Shown here: positions 46,356 through 57,243 of the stretch, one piece after another
Numbering within the stretch: position 1 is the first letter of the stretch
Layout: every line of letters starts with the position of its first letter
Source: Actinomycetota bacterium
GTDB taxonomy: Bacteria > Actinomycetota > UBA4738 > JBBDHU01
Assembly: GCA_040880465.1 (NCBI GenBank)
Contig: JBBDIK010000011.1
Span: forward strand, 177,229-241,228
Length of the DNA stretch: 64,000 nucleotides
Direction: 5' to 3'
The notes under the pieces: generated by a model
What the model was told of the DNA's origin: nothing
The model's database searches: none
The model's input: only the letters and a program-made list of their open reading frames with translations
Program-made: the position numbers and the translations under genes

Positions 46356-47150
46356 ATGCAGATCGGCGACCTCATCTACGCGAACGTCCTGGACCAGCGC
46401 GTCTTCGACACCCAGGGCGAGGACGGATCGCCCGGGATCTACTCGACCGCTATCCCTGGCCGACCCATGCCCTTCGTGCTGTTCCGTTCGTACAAGGTCC
46501 CGGCCGGCGTCGTCGCCGAGGAGATCCGGTTCACCGGCCCGTCCGGGCGCCTGGTCTGGCGCCGCGGCCCGGTCGCCACGCGCATGGGCGGGCAGATGGA
46601 GCAGACCCGGCTCCTGGACGTCGTCTCCGATGCCCTCCTCGATGAGCAGGGGACCTACCTCGCCTCGTTCATCATCGACGGCGAGATCCTGGGCGAGATC
46701 GAGGTCCCGGTGATCCTGGCAGCCGCCGAGACCTCGCTTCCCAAGGAGATCGAGGAGGGTCTGAAGAAGTCGGACATCATCTGGATCGGGAGCGACCAGC
46801 GCCCGGCGGGCGTGCACGAGTGGGAGGACAACCGCGTCGTCCCGGTCTGGTTCGCCTACCGCAACGGCAAGATCTACGTGCTCTCGCAGAAGCAGCAGGG
46901 ACCGGAGGAGCAGTCGATCCCCGGCATCGAGGGCATGCAACAGCTCCGGGTCGTCACGCGCCGCAAGGGACGCGACACGTCGCTCGACCGGTTCCACGCG
47001 AACGTACGGCTGCTCGACGGCGGCCCCGAGTTCGACGAGGCCGCCAAGGTCCTGGTCGACCGGCGGCGCAGCCGCAACGGCCCGCCCGCCGAGTCACTCG
47101 GCCGGTGGAAGACCTCCTGCGTGATCGCGGAGCTGACGCCGGTCCTCTAG
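46356..47150 (+). CDS. Hypothetical protein with C-terminal split-barrel (PNPOx-like) domain
   Basis: IIWIG...VPVWFAYRNGKIYVL..GPEEQ. Confidence 0.6.
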   Translation: MQIGDLIYANVLDQRVFDTQGEDGSPGIYSTAIPGRPMPFVLFRSYKVPAGVVAEEIRFTGPSGRLVWRRGPVATRMGGQMEQTRLLDVVSDALLDEQGTYLASFIIDGEILGEIEVPVILAAAETSLPKEIEEGLKKSDIIWIGSDQRPAGVHEWEDNRVVPVWFAYRNGKIYVLSQKQQGPEEQSIPGIEGMQQLRVVTRRKGRDTSLDRFHANVRLLDGGPEFDEAAKVLVDRRRSRNGPPAESLGRWKTSCVIAELTPVL

Positions 47151-48172
47151 ACCGTGTTCATCGGACGGCCCATCGCGGTCGCCAGGGCCGCGAGCTCCGC
47201 CCCGAGCCGCGTCAGCTCGTCGGGAACGAGTGCCTGCGGTCCATCGCAGAGCGCCTCGCTCGGGTTGTCGTGGACGTCGATCATCACCCCATCCGCTCCC
47301 GCGGCCAGCGCCGCCCGCGCCATCGGTTCCACCAGGTCCCGCCTTCCCGTCGCATGAGACGGATCGACGATGACCGGCAGGTGGCTTTCCTTCTGCGCGA
47401 CGAGCATGCCGCCGAGATCGAGCGTGTTCCGCGTCGATGGCTCGAACGTCCGGATGCCGCGCTCGCACAGGATGATGTCCTGGTTGCCCTCCCGAGCGAT
47501 GTACTCAGCAGCCATCAGCCATTCCTCAACGGTCGAGGAGAACCCACGCTTGAGCATCACCGGCTTCCCCGCCTTCCCGGCCTCCGTCAGGAGCGAGAAG
47601 TTCTGCATGTTGCGGGTCCCGATCTGCAGGGCATCGGCGACCGCCGCAACGTGCTCGACATCCCGTGCCTCAACGACCTCGGTCATGACCGGAAGTCCCG
47701 TGGTCTCGCGGCACTCGGCGAGGATCTCGAGTCCGGGCTTCCCCAGGCCCTGGAACGCGTACGGCGACGTCCTCGGCTTGTACGCACCCCCGCGCAGCAC
47801 GGTGGCACCCGCGTCCTTGGCCGCCTTCGCAGCAGCGAGGGCCTGAGCAGGGGTCTCGACGGCGCAGGGTCCCGCGATGTAGGTGAACGACTCACGCCCG
47901 ATCGAGGCCGGGCCGACCTTGACCGTCGTCGGAGCCTGGTGCAGCTCCCGGGCGACGAGCTTGTACGGTTTGCCGATCCGCTGGATCGTCTCGACGCCGG
48001 GCAGGGTGGACAGCGGGAGATCCATGAACCGTTCGGTATCGCCGATCAGCGCAACGATCGAACGGAGCTCGCCGTTCACGACGTGCGTCTCGCCGCCCAC
48101 CTTGTGGACCATGTCCGTGACACGATCGATGTCCTGCTCCGATGCACCTACCTTCATCACAACCACCATCAC
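47147..48172 (-). CDS. aroF: DAHP synthase (type I-beta, N-terminal ACT-like domain)
   Basis: [53 protein letters not shown]. Confidence 0.95.
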   Translation of the reverse strand: MMVVVMKVGASEQDIDRVTDMVHKVGGETHVVNGELRSIVALIGDTERFMDLPLSTLPGVETIQRIGKPYKLVARELHQAPTTVKVGPASIGRESFTYIAGPCAVETPAQALAAAKAAKDAGATVLRGGAYKPRTSPYAFQGLGKPGLEILAECRETTGLPVMTEVVEARDVEHVAAVADALQIGTRNMQNFSLLTEAGKAGKPVMLKRGFSSTVEEWLMAAEYIAREGNQDIILCERGIRTFEPSTRNTLDLGGMLVAQKESHLPVIVDPSHATGRRDLVEPMARAALAAGADGVMIDVHDNPSEALCDGPQALVPDELTRLGAELAALATAMGRPMNTV

Positions 48173-48206
48173 GTCCTCCTGTTCGGCCGGGCGGCCCCGA
48201 GCAATG

Positions 48207-48233
48207 AAAAACCCCGGGGTTCTCGCCCGGGGT
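48207..48233 (-). terminator. Attenuator terminator upstream of aroF
   Basis: ACCCCGGG-CGAGAAC-CCCGGGGT followed by TTTT. Confidence 0.85.
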
Positions 48234-48262
48234 CTCCTGCGGTGCTTCTCTTCGGCAGCAGG

Positions 48263-48319
48263 CTACGCCGGGCAACGCCCGAAGTAGAACCAACCGAAGG
48301 AAAAGTACCGCTCGCTCAT
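48263..48319 (-). CDS. Aromatic-amino-acid leader peptide MSERYFSFGWFYFGRCPA
   Basis: 7 of 9 consecutive codons are Tyr/Phe/Trp; lies between the promoter and the terminator upstream of aroF (alternative in-frame ATG 48328). Confidence 0.85.
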   Translation of the reverse strand: MSERYFSFGWFYFGRCPA

Positions 48320-48326
48320 CGGCTTC

Positions 48327-48355
48327 ATTCTCGGGGCTGGCATGGATTTTGGCAA
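48327..48355 (-). promoter_or_regulatory. Putative promoter of the aro leader (leaderless start)
   Basis: TTGCCA-17bp-GAGAAT, 7 nt before ATG 48319. Confidence 0.6.
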
Positions 48356-48358
48356 CCC

Positions 48359-48559
48359 TCAGTCGTCAGCGGCGAGATCTTGGAGCCGCGTCCGTGCCTG
48401 ATCGGCGAGTCCATCGTTCCCGATCGCCTCGGCCGCCCGGAGGGCCTCGTCGAGGAGGGCGCGAGCCTGGTCGACGCGGATACCGGCGCGCTCATCGGTC
48501 GCGTACTTGACCTTCTCGTCCGCCTTGACGATGAGGTCCCAGATCTCGCCCGGCTCCAT
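48359..48559 (-). CDS. Small hypothetical protein
   Basis: MEPGEIWDLIVKADEKVKYA...; helical 66-aa ORF. Confidence 0.6.
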   Translation of the reverse strand: MEPGEIWDLIVKADEKVKYATDERAGIRVDQARALLDEALRAAEAIGNDGLADQARTRLQDLAADD

Positions 48560-48598
48560 GACGCTACAGTGAACACCATCTCTCGGAGGTTGACGAAC

Positions 48599-49039
48599 GT
48601 GGACGCGACGCGGGAACCCGATGCGGCGACGCTGGCCGCCATCCAGGAACGCATCGATACCTCGCCGTTCCACACCTGGGCGGGGATCAGGCTCACATCA
48701 CTCGGTGACGGCACGGCCGAGTGCACGATGGACGTGCAACCGCACCACCTGAACCCGTACGAGATCGCCCATGGCGGTGCCATCGCTTCCGTGGCCGACG
48801 CGGCGATCGGGATCGCCGTCCGAACACGTTTGCGCCCCGGCTACACCCATGTCACCGCGCAACTCGACGTTCACTACCTCGGGATGGTGCGCGTCGGCGA
48901 CCGGCTGATCGGCCGCGGGCGCTCGCTGCACCTCGGCCAGCGGATGGGCTACGGCGAGGCCGACCTCGTCGACGGCGACGAGCAGCTGGTCGCCCGAGCC
49001 AGCGCGACGTTCATCGTGCTACCCCCGCGCGACGGGTGA
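48599..49039 (+). CDS. PaaI family hot-dog thioesterase
   Basis: HLNPYEIAHGGAIASVAD, TAQLDVHYL. Confidence 0.88.
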   Translation: MDATREPDAATLAAIQERIDTSPFHTWAGIRLTSLGDGTAECTMDVQPHHLNPYEIAHGGAIASVADAAIGIAVRTRLRPGYTHVTAQLDVHYLGMVRVGDRLIGRGRSLHLGQRMGYGEADLVDGDEQLVARASATFIVLPPRDG

Positions 49040-49417
49040 TCAGTACTCGCACTCGACAGCACGGACGATCGGCGCCAGCGCGGTCAGCGGTGTCTGCAGC
49101 GACATGGCCTTCATGATGTTGGAGATCTGAACCTTCCCGCCCATGTACGCCGCAACCCCCGACAGCTCACCCTTCGCCAGTGCGACGGCGGTGTCGTAGT
49201 CCTCGCTGATCGTGAGCGCGGCGTCGGCGATCTCACCCACACCCACGTCGATCACACCGGCCTCGACGGTGATCCAGTAGTGGATGTCCCCACCCGGAGC
49301 ATCGGTCACGACCTGCTGGATCTTCGTGCTCGTCTTCGCCGCAACGCGCTTGAACTCCTCGCTCGCGTTCGCGAGATCCTTCAGGGTGTTCGCCCACTCT
49401 TCGCTGAGGAACTTCAT
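49040..49417 (-). CDS. SCP2 sterol-binding domain protein
   Basis: MKFLSEEW, AAYMGGKVQI. Confidence 0.82.
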   Translation of the reverse strand: MKFLSEEWANTLKDLANASEEFKRVAAKTSTKIQQVVTDAPGGDIHYWITVEAGVIDVGVGEIADAALTISEDYDTAVALAKGELSGVAAYMGGKVQISNIMKAMSLQTPLTALAPIVRAVECEY

Positions 49418-49460
49418 CCATGCCTCCTTCGGAAGCGCGAGTATATCCCCGGCGGACCGG

Positions 49461-50111
49461 TCACTGGCTCCGACCGTGGTCGGTCGCGAAGTCGTAGGCG
49501 CGCTGCCGCGCAACGCCTCGCCGGTAGGCGGCTCTGGCTCGGGGGTCGGCCACGTCCCGGAGCCGCTCGCAGTTCGGGAAGGCCCCGAGGTTCGCGAGGG
49601 CATGACGGATCTTCCGCGACGTGTGCTCCGCGACGGCTCGATGCCCGTCCTCGTGCCGGTGGAGCTCGGCCAGGGTTCGCCGCCACCACGCATGCGTCGC
49701 CGCCGAGGTACCTGCCGGAGCCCGCCAGCGGGGGAACAGGAACGTCAGGTTCAAAGTGACGACCACTGCGTCCGTCCGGCATGAGGAGCCGATCTCGGCG
49801 GCGTCGTAGTCCCATCCGATGCTCCACACGGTCTGCGCCCAGAACCTCCCGGGACCCCGATGGCGGATCGACGAAACGATCTGGCTCGGCGTTGCACCGC
49901 GGACCACATAGGTGTCTGTCGAAACTTCACGCCGGAGCCGGGGTGGCGTGTGTGCGGGAGGCTCGGGACGAGGCGACGATGGAGAGGTGGCCGAGGGCAA
50001 CGACGGTGCCGGCGTTCGCGGGGGTGCACGCCCGCTGCCCGGGCACGCGACGAGGAGCCAGGAAACCGCGAGCATCAACACGAACCGAGGCAGGTCCGCC
50101 GGCCGACTCAC
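49461..50111 (-). CDS. DUF922 family putative Zn-dependent protease lipoprotein
   Basis: Lipobox LLVAC, YVVRGAT, PRW, HEDGH, YDFATDHGRSQ. Confidence 0.75.
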   Translation of the reverse strand: MSRPADLPRFVLMLAVSWLLVACPGSGRAPPRTPAPSLPSATSPSSPRPEPPAHTPPRLRREVSTDTYVVRGATPSQIVSSIRHRGPGRFWAQTVWSIGWDYDAAEIGSSCRTDAVVVTLNLTFLFPRWRAPAGTSAATHAWWRRTLAELHRHEDGHRAVAEHTSRKIRHALANLGAFPNCERLRDVADPRARAAYRRGVARQRAYDFATDHGRSQ

Positions 50112-50755
50112 GTGCCCGAGGCGCCGAACAGCCCGGGACTCGTGAGGTGGCGAACGTCGTTCAGGAACTTGACGGTGCGTTCGTGGCCGTCGATCACGAC
50201 CGTATTGAACGACGTGTTCTCCGGCAGGTAGAGCATGTCGTGCGGGAACTTCAAGAGCCCCGTCACGTACGCGTTGATGACCCCGCCGTGGGACACGACG
50301 ACGAGGTCGCCGTCCGGATGGGTGTCGATGATCCGCTCGACCGCCGGACGCACCCGCGCACGGAGCTGCTGGCCGCTCTCCCCTCCGGACAGGGAGAAGA
50401 GCACCTCGGCCTCGCGGAACTTCTGGGCAAGCTCTTCGTCATCCGCGGCGATCTCCTCGAAGGACCTCCCTTCCCAGTCGGCGACGAAGACTTCGCCGAG
50501 ATCCTCGTCGAGCACCGGCTCGATGCCCACCTTCTCCGCGAACGGCGCGATCGTCTCGAGACACCGTCGGAACGGCGAGACGTAGACGGCAGCCAGGGTG
50601 TCGAGTGAATGAAGGCGCGTCGCGAGCAGGCGGGCCTGCTGCGCACCCTCCTCCCCGAGCGGGGGGTCCCACTGCCGACCGCGCGGGCTGTCCCGGAAGT
50701 TCTGCGCCGAGAATTCGACGCGGCCGTGGCGGATCAGGATCAAGCGACGGCTCAC
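50108..50755 (-). CDS. Histidine phosphatase family protein
   Basis: LIRHG, SPFRRC.ET, GES, VSHGG, LNDVRHL. Confidence 0.9.
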   Translation of the reverse strand: MSRRLILIRHGRVEFSAQNFRDSPRGRQWDPPLGEEGAQQARLLATRLHSLDTLAAVYVSPFRRCLETIAPFAEKVGIEPVLDEDLGEVFVADWEGRSFEEIAADDEELAQKFREAEVLFSLSGGESGQQLRARVRPAVERIIDTHPDGDLVVVSHGGVINAYVTGLLKFPHDMLYLPENTSFNTVVIDGHERTVKFLNDVRHLTSPGLFGASGT

Positions 50756-51108
50756 CGGCGCCCTTTCCGGCGCCCGTGCCACAGGCGGGCGTAGGCCTCG
50801 ATGTCGGCAGCTCGCCAGACACGGCCAGAGGCAAGTGTCGCGATCGGCGCCGGGAACGTTCCCCGGTCCAGGTACGTCACCACGCGGCGCTTGTCCCAGC
50901 CCATGATCTTGGCGGCCTCGGCCACACCGGCCAAGCGCGGGAGCACCTCGACGGTCAGGGTCGCGTCACGGCCCGCGGCCCGCCGGAGCGAAGCGAAACA
51001 GGCATCACGCGTCGCGGCCGAGTAGGTCTTGCGGGATGGGCCATCGATCGTGGCCTGCCAGCGACCGTCCTCCTCCCACATCCGTGCGCGCACCGTCTCT
51101 CGAGGCAT
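50752..51108 (-). CDS. Small DNA-binding protein (HicB-like N-terminus + AlpA/MerR-like HTH)
   Basis: WEEDGRWQATI; LAGVAEAAKIMGWDKRRV..RGTFPAPIATLASGRVW. Confidence 0.6.
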   Translation of the reverse strand: MPRETVRARMWEEDGRWQATIDGPSRKTYSAATRDACFASLRRAAGRDATLTVEVLPRLAGVAEAAKIMGWDKRRVVTYLDRGTFPAPIATLASGRVWRAADIEAYARLWHGRRKGRR

Positions 51109-51171
51109 GGTCGCGATGATAGCTGTGGGGCCCGACATCCTGGCGAGTCGCGGAGGTCAGCGGTGCCGCAG

Positions 51172-51318
51172 CTACCAGCCGCAACAGGGAAGGATGTAGC
51201 CGCACTCAGGGCACTTGTGGTGAGCGTGCTCCGGCTCCATCGGCGCGCCGCACGAATCGCACGGCGGCCGACTCGTCTCCCCCGGGATGATGCACTCGGC
51301 GCGGGTCGCGGCATCCAC
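51172..51318 (-). CDS. Small Cys/His-rich zinc-finger protein (below ORF-track cutoff)
   Basis: VDAATRAECIIPGETSRPPCDSCGAPMEPEHAHHKCPECGYILPCCGW; TACGAT 7 nt before GTG. Confidence 0.65.
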   Translation of the reverse strand: MDAATRAECIIPGETSRPPCDSCGAPMEPEHAHHKCPECGYILPCCGW

Positions 51319-51363
51319 GTTCCGCATCGTAGACCCCGGAACACAAGCCGTCCCGAGTTCAGC

Positions 51364-51636
51364 TCAGGAGATGCCGAGGCGGCGGAGTTCCGAGCGCCAA
51401 CACTCGGTGTGCCAGTGACGGCGTTCCTCGGCGTCGGCACCAGGGACGACGACCAGATGCTGAACGCCGGTCCGCACCTCGTGGTCACAGCCCGGGCAGC
51501 GGTACGTCTTCTGCCCGCTCACCTGCCGGACGTCGAAGCCGAGCGCCTGCGCCCACTCGGGCGCGTCCGACGAGAGCCCATCGCCCCTGCCGGCCGGCCC
51601 CTCCCGCTCGCGGGCGCGTTCGTTCTTGCGGCCCAT
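51364..51636 (-). CDS. Conserved small actinobacterial Cys/His protein
   Basis: KTYRCPGCDHEVR.GVQHLVV...RRHWHTECW. Confidence 0.75.
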   Translation of the reverse strand: MGRKNERAREREGPAGRGDGLSSDAPEWAQALGFDVRQVSGQKTYRCPGCDHEVRTGVQHLVVVPGADAEERRHWHTECWRSELRRLGIS

Positions 51637-52313
51637 CAGCGGTGAGCCCGCATGAAATCGGCGGCGACCGGAGCCAGCTCCGCGCCGATCTCGCGGTCGT
51701 CTCGCTTCTGTCCCTTCACGCGGAACGAGTGGTCACCGCCGGGGATCTCGTGCAGGACCGCGCGATCCCCGAGCTTCGCGAGGATCCCCTCAAGTTGGTC
51801 CAGTGGCGTCACGAACGGGTCACGGGTTCCCTCGATGAACAGCATCGGCGCCTCGATGCCGTACAGATGTGCGTCCCGGACCTTCTCGGGACGACCGGGC
51901 GCGTGCAACGGGTACCCGAGGAAAACGAGACCCGCTGCCGCCATCCCGTCCGCTGCGCACATCGACGCATGGCGGCCTCCCATCGACTTCCCGCCCGCGA
52001 AGACCGGCACGCCGGCACCGGCTCGTTCGGCCGCTGCATCGAACGCCGCCAGCCAGGTCGCTCGCAAAGTCGCTTCAGGGTCGGGGGCCTTCCGACCACT
52101 CTCCTTGTACGGGAAGTTGAACCGCATCGTCGCGATCCCCGCGTCGTTCAGTGCCCGCGTGAACCCGACGAGGAAGGGCGCGTCCAGGTCACTGCCCGCG
52201 CCGGGGGCGACGACCAGAGCGGCGGCCGCCCGCCCGGGGTCGGCCCACGCACCCGTCACGGGCCCGCGAGCCGTCCCCGACTCGAACGTGAACCGCTCTT
52301 CAGGCGTTGCCAT
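51636..52313 (-). CDS. Alpha/beta hydrolase (dienelactone hydrolase-like)
   Basis: GGKSMGGR, LGYPLH, GTRDPF, GGDHSF. Confidence 0.85.
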   Translation of the reverse strand: MATPEERFTFESGTARGPVTGAWADPGRAAAALVVAPGAGSDLDAPFLVGFTRALNDAGIATMRFNFPYKESGRKAPDPEATLRATWLAAFDAAAERAGAGVPVFAGGKSMGGRHASMCAADGMAAAGLVFLGYPLHAPGRPEKVRDAHLYGIEAPMLFIEGTRDPFVTPLDQLEGILAKLGDRAVLHEIPGGDHSFRVKGQKRDDREIGAELAPVAADFMRAHR

Positions 52314-52324
52314 AGGATGCCCCC

Positions 52325-53035
52325 ATGCAGGGAACCCTATACCTGGGTACGAGCGGATTCGCCTACGACGAGTGGAAGGGCGGCGTCTTCTATCCCGAGG
52401 GCGTCAAGGTGAAGGAACGCCTGTCCTACTTCGCGTCCCGATTCCCGAGCGTCGAGATCAACTACACGTTCCGAAGGTTCCCGTCGGAGAGGACCCTGAC
52501 GAACTGGGCCGCGCAGACGCCGGAGACGTTCCGGTTCACGCTGAAGGCCAACCAGCGCATCACGCACGTCAAGCGCCTGTCCGACACCGACGACGACGTG
52601 CGCGACTTCCTTGCACTCGCACGCCTGCTCGGCCCGCGCCTCGGGTGCGTCCTGTACCAGTGCCCGCCGTCACTGCACTACGACCGCTCCCTGATCGAGC
52701 GCTTCGTCGGATACCTGCCGCCGGACGTCCGGTCAGCGATGGAGTTCCGCCACCCCTCGTGGCTCGAGGCACGCGACCTTCTGCTGGAGCAGGGCGTCGC
52801 CTGGTGTGTCGCCGAGACCGACGAGAAGGACCCAGGCCCGGACGATCTGTCGTGGGAACCGTTCGGGTTCCTGCGACTGCGGAAGACCGACTACACCGAC
52901 GCGGAATTGACGGGGTGGGCCGAACGCCTCCGTCCGGCACTCGACGCCGGCTCCGACGTCTTCTGCTATTTCAAGCATGAGGACGAAGGCGCCAGCCCGA
53001 AGATGGCCAACCGGCTCCGCGCCCTACTCGGCTAG
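52325..53035 (+). CDS. DUF72 family protein
   Basis: GTSGF.Y.EW...FYP, VEINYTF, F.FTLKA..ITH, QCPP, EFRHPSW. Confidence 0.9.
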   Translation: MQGTLYLGTSGFAYDEWKGGVFYPEGVKVKERLSYFASRFPSVEINYTFRRFPSERTLTNWAAQTPETFRFTLKANQRITHVKRLSDTDDDVRDFLALARLLGPRLGCVLYQCPPSLHYDRSLIERFVGYLPPDVRSAMEFRHPSWLEARDLLLEQGVAWCVAETDEKDPGPDDLSWEPFGFLRLRKTDYTDAELTGWAERLRPALDAGSDVFCYFKHEDEGASPKMANRLRALLG

Positions 53036-55495
53036 ACGCGCCGCGATGGCGCGGCGGATCTCGTCCACGTGCTCGTCGTCCTCGATCTTGCGGCCGACGA
53101 CATCGCGGACGTAGAACGCGTCGACGACGCGGCCACCGTAGGTCGCGATCTTTGCGAGATGCACGTCTACCTCGAGTTCACCGAGCGTCCGCGTGAGGTC
53201 GAAGAGCAGCCCGACCCGGTCGGCACAGCCGATCTCGATCACGGTATAGAAGTCCGAAGCATCGTTCTCGATCGTCACCTCGACCGGGATCGCCGTTCGG
53301 TGCGCCGGGTAGTACTGGCGCTTCTCCTTGACCCGATAGTCCAAGGACAGGCGACCATCGAGCGCCTTCCGCAGCGTGCCGCGGAAGTCCCGCCAGCGTT
53401 CCTCTCCCACCTCGTCGCCTTCGAAGGTACTGGCGACGTCGAACACGTCGACGGCCACACCCGACTCCGTCGTGAACACCTGCGCCGACAGGATCGAGAA
53501 CCCCGATAGCGAGAGCGCGCCGGCGATCTTCGCGAGCAGACCCGGCCGGTCCGTGCATACGACCGAGAGCCGGACCGTGTCCTGTTCGACACCGGTCACC
53601 GACTCAGCGGTCCGAACCTCAAGTCCGTCCAGCTCAGCACGCAGCAGCGAGAAATGGATCGCCGCTTCCTCCGGCGGCACCGTCACGACGTAGGAGTGCG
53701 GAAGATCGGCGAGGAACCGGGCCACCTCATCGGCATCTTCCCCGACGAGGACCTCTGCGAGCGCCTCGGTTCGCTCCGCCAGCGTGTCGGCCGTATCGGC
53801 GCCGACGTCCCCGCGCTCGAACACGTGCTGGATCTTCGCGACCAACTCGCGCAGCAACGTCTGACGCCAGGGTGTCGAGGCATGCGGTCCGGTCGCCGCG
53901 GCGTCGGCGATGGAGACGAGGTACAAGGCGGCCAGGCGCTCGGGGTCGCCGATCCGGGCCGCCACCGACAGGATCAGGTTCTCATCGGTGAGATCACGAC
54001 GGGTGGCGGTGTCCGACAGCAGGAGGTGCTCTCCGACGAGGAACCGTACGAGCTCGCGCGTCTGCTCCTCGATCCCCATCCGCTCCAGCGCCCTCCGCGC
54101 GGTGGACTCGCCGATCACGACATGGTTCCCCGTTCCGTCCTTGCCGATGTCGTGGAGCAGGGCACCCAGCAGCACGGCATCGCGGTCACCGACGAGGCCG
54201 ACCGCCTCCCGAGCCATCGGATCGTCGCCGGGCATCGCCAGGAGCCCTTCCATCCCGCCCAGGGCGCGCAACAGGTGCACGTCGACCGTGTACCGATGGA
54301 ACGGGTCTCGCTGCGGCCGGTAGCGGACCGGTGCCCAGTCCGGGAGGTAGCGCACGAGCACCCCCGCTCGGTCCATCTCTTCGATCGCCGCCGCAGCGCG
54401 GCCGGAGCGAAGCATCCGCAGGAACGCGTCCCGGACCTCGTCGCTCCACACCACTCCCTCGGGCAGATCGATCGCGTCGACGGCCTCGAGGGAGGCGAGC
54501 GGGAGCGCGCGGCCCGACTCGGCCGCGTCGGCGAATGCCGCCATCACCGCCTCGGGGGTTGCTGCGATCGCCGTCCCCGTATCGGCACTCGGCTCCAGCA
54601 ACCGCTCGAAGACCACATCGACGACCCAGCGCGCCTCCCGGCCACGTTCGAAGGTCGCGCGCATCAGCGCGTCGGCGGCCGACATATCGGTGTCATCCTC
54701 GAACCCGAGCATCTCGGCGATGGCCGGTTGGTGATCGAGGACGAGTCGGTCGAGGCGCCCACCCGTCACGAGGTGAAGCGTGCTCCGGAGCCGGATCAGG
54801 AACTCCTCGGCCTCGTCGATCGCATCGGCCTCGCGTGCACCCAGCAGCTGTGAGTCCGTGAGCGCTTCCAGGTCTTCCCCGTCGAGTGCGATCGCCAGCC
54901 ACCCGAGCGCGTTCAGGTCCCGCAACCCGCCCGCGCCCTCTTTGAGATCCGGCTCCAGGTCCGAGGCCACCGAGCCGAACCGCTCGTGACGATCGGCCGC
55001 GTCCTCCCGGAGGCGGAGCGCGAAGTCCTTCGGCGAACGCCGGACGACCGACCGGATCGAGGTGACCATGGCCTCGCACATCGCCTCGTCGCCGGCAACC
55101 GCACGCGCGTCCAGCATCGCCGACGCGACGTCGATCCGGGCCTCCGCTTCCGCGATGCACTCCTTGACCGTGCGGACGTTGTGTCCGAGCTTCAGACCCG
55201 AGTCCCACAAGGGATAGAAGAGCCGCTCGGCAACCCGATCGATGTCCTTGACCCGGTCGTGCAGGATCAGCAGATCGATGTCGGAGCCGGGGAGCAGCAT
55301 CCCCCGGCCGTACCCGCCGAGCGCCACCAGGGCGACGCCGTCGGGAACCCCCGCCACCCCATAGAGATCGCGAAGTTCCTCGTCGACGATAGCGGCGCGC
55401 GCTCGCGCGACCGCTCGCCCTTGCCGGACGGGCGCGTTCGCGCGATCCAGCTCACGTAGGTGCGCGAGGAGCTCTTCCGCCGGACGCCCGGTCAT
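53024..55495 (-). CDS. glnD: PII uridylyl/adenylyltransferase
   Basis: ALGGYGR..SDIDL, EPDLKEGAGGLRD, FHRYTVDVH, LHDIGK, two ACT domains. Confidence 0.93.
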   Translation of the reverse strand: MTGRPAEELLAHLRELDRANAPVRQGRAVARARAAIVDEELRDLYGVAGVPDGVALVALGGYGRGMLLPGSDIDLLILHDRVKDIDRVAERLFYPLWDSGLKLGHNVRTVKECIAEAEARIDVASAMLDARAVAGDEAMCEAMVTSIRSVVRRSPKDFALRLREDAADRHERFGSVASDLEPDLKEGAGGLRDLNALGWLAIALDGEDLEALTDSQLLGAREADAIDEAEEFLIRLRSTLHLVTGGRLDRLVLDHQPAIAEMLGFEDDTDMSAADALMRATFERGREARWVVDVVFERLLEPSADTGTAIAATPEAVMAAFADAAESGRALPLASLEAVDAIDLPEGVVWSDEVRDAFLRMLRSGRAAAAIEEMDRAGVLVRYLPDWAPVRYRPQRDPFHRYTVDVHLLRALGGMEGLLAMPGDDPMAREAVGLVGDRDAVLLGALLHDIGKDGTGNHVVIGESTARRALERMGIEEQTRELVRFLVGEHLLLSDTATRRDLTDENLILSVAARIGDPERLAALYLVSIADAAATGPHASTPWRQTLLRELVAKIQHVFERGDVGADTADTLAERTEALAEVLVGEDADEVARFLADLPHSYVVTVPPEEAAIHFSLLRAELDGLEVRTAESVTGVEQDTVRLSVVCTDRPGLLAKIAGALSLSGFSILSAQVFTTESGVAVDVFDVASTFEGDEVGEERWRDFRGTLRKALDGRLSLDYRVKEKRQYYPAHRTAIPVEVTIENDASDFYTVIEIGCADRVGLLFDLTRTLGELEVDVHLAKIATYGGRVVDAFYVRDVVGRKIEDDEHVDEIRRAIAARLAE

Positions 55496-55504
55496 GGGAA
55501 GAGC

Positions 55505-57123
<1,619 letters not shown>

Positions 57124-57171
57124 CGCCCTCCCCCTTCGTCGTCGCGATGAGGCGATTGTGCACCCGAGTCG

Positions 57172-57209
57172 GTTTCGGACAGGTGTGCGTCGTGTTTCGG
57201 CTGCGTTAA
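57172..57209 (-). promoter_or_regulatory. GlnR-type binding site upstream of amtB
   Basis: TTAAC-n6-GAAAC-n6-CACAC-n6-GAAAC, matching the actinobacterial gTnAc-n6-GaAAc repeat. Confidence 0.7.
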
Positions 57210-57243
57210 TTCGGCCGAAAACCGGGCGGCAGGGCCTGCGCGG

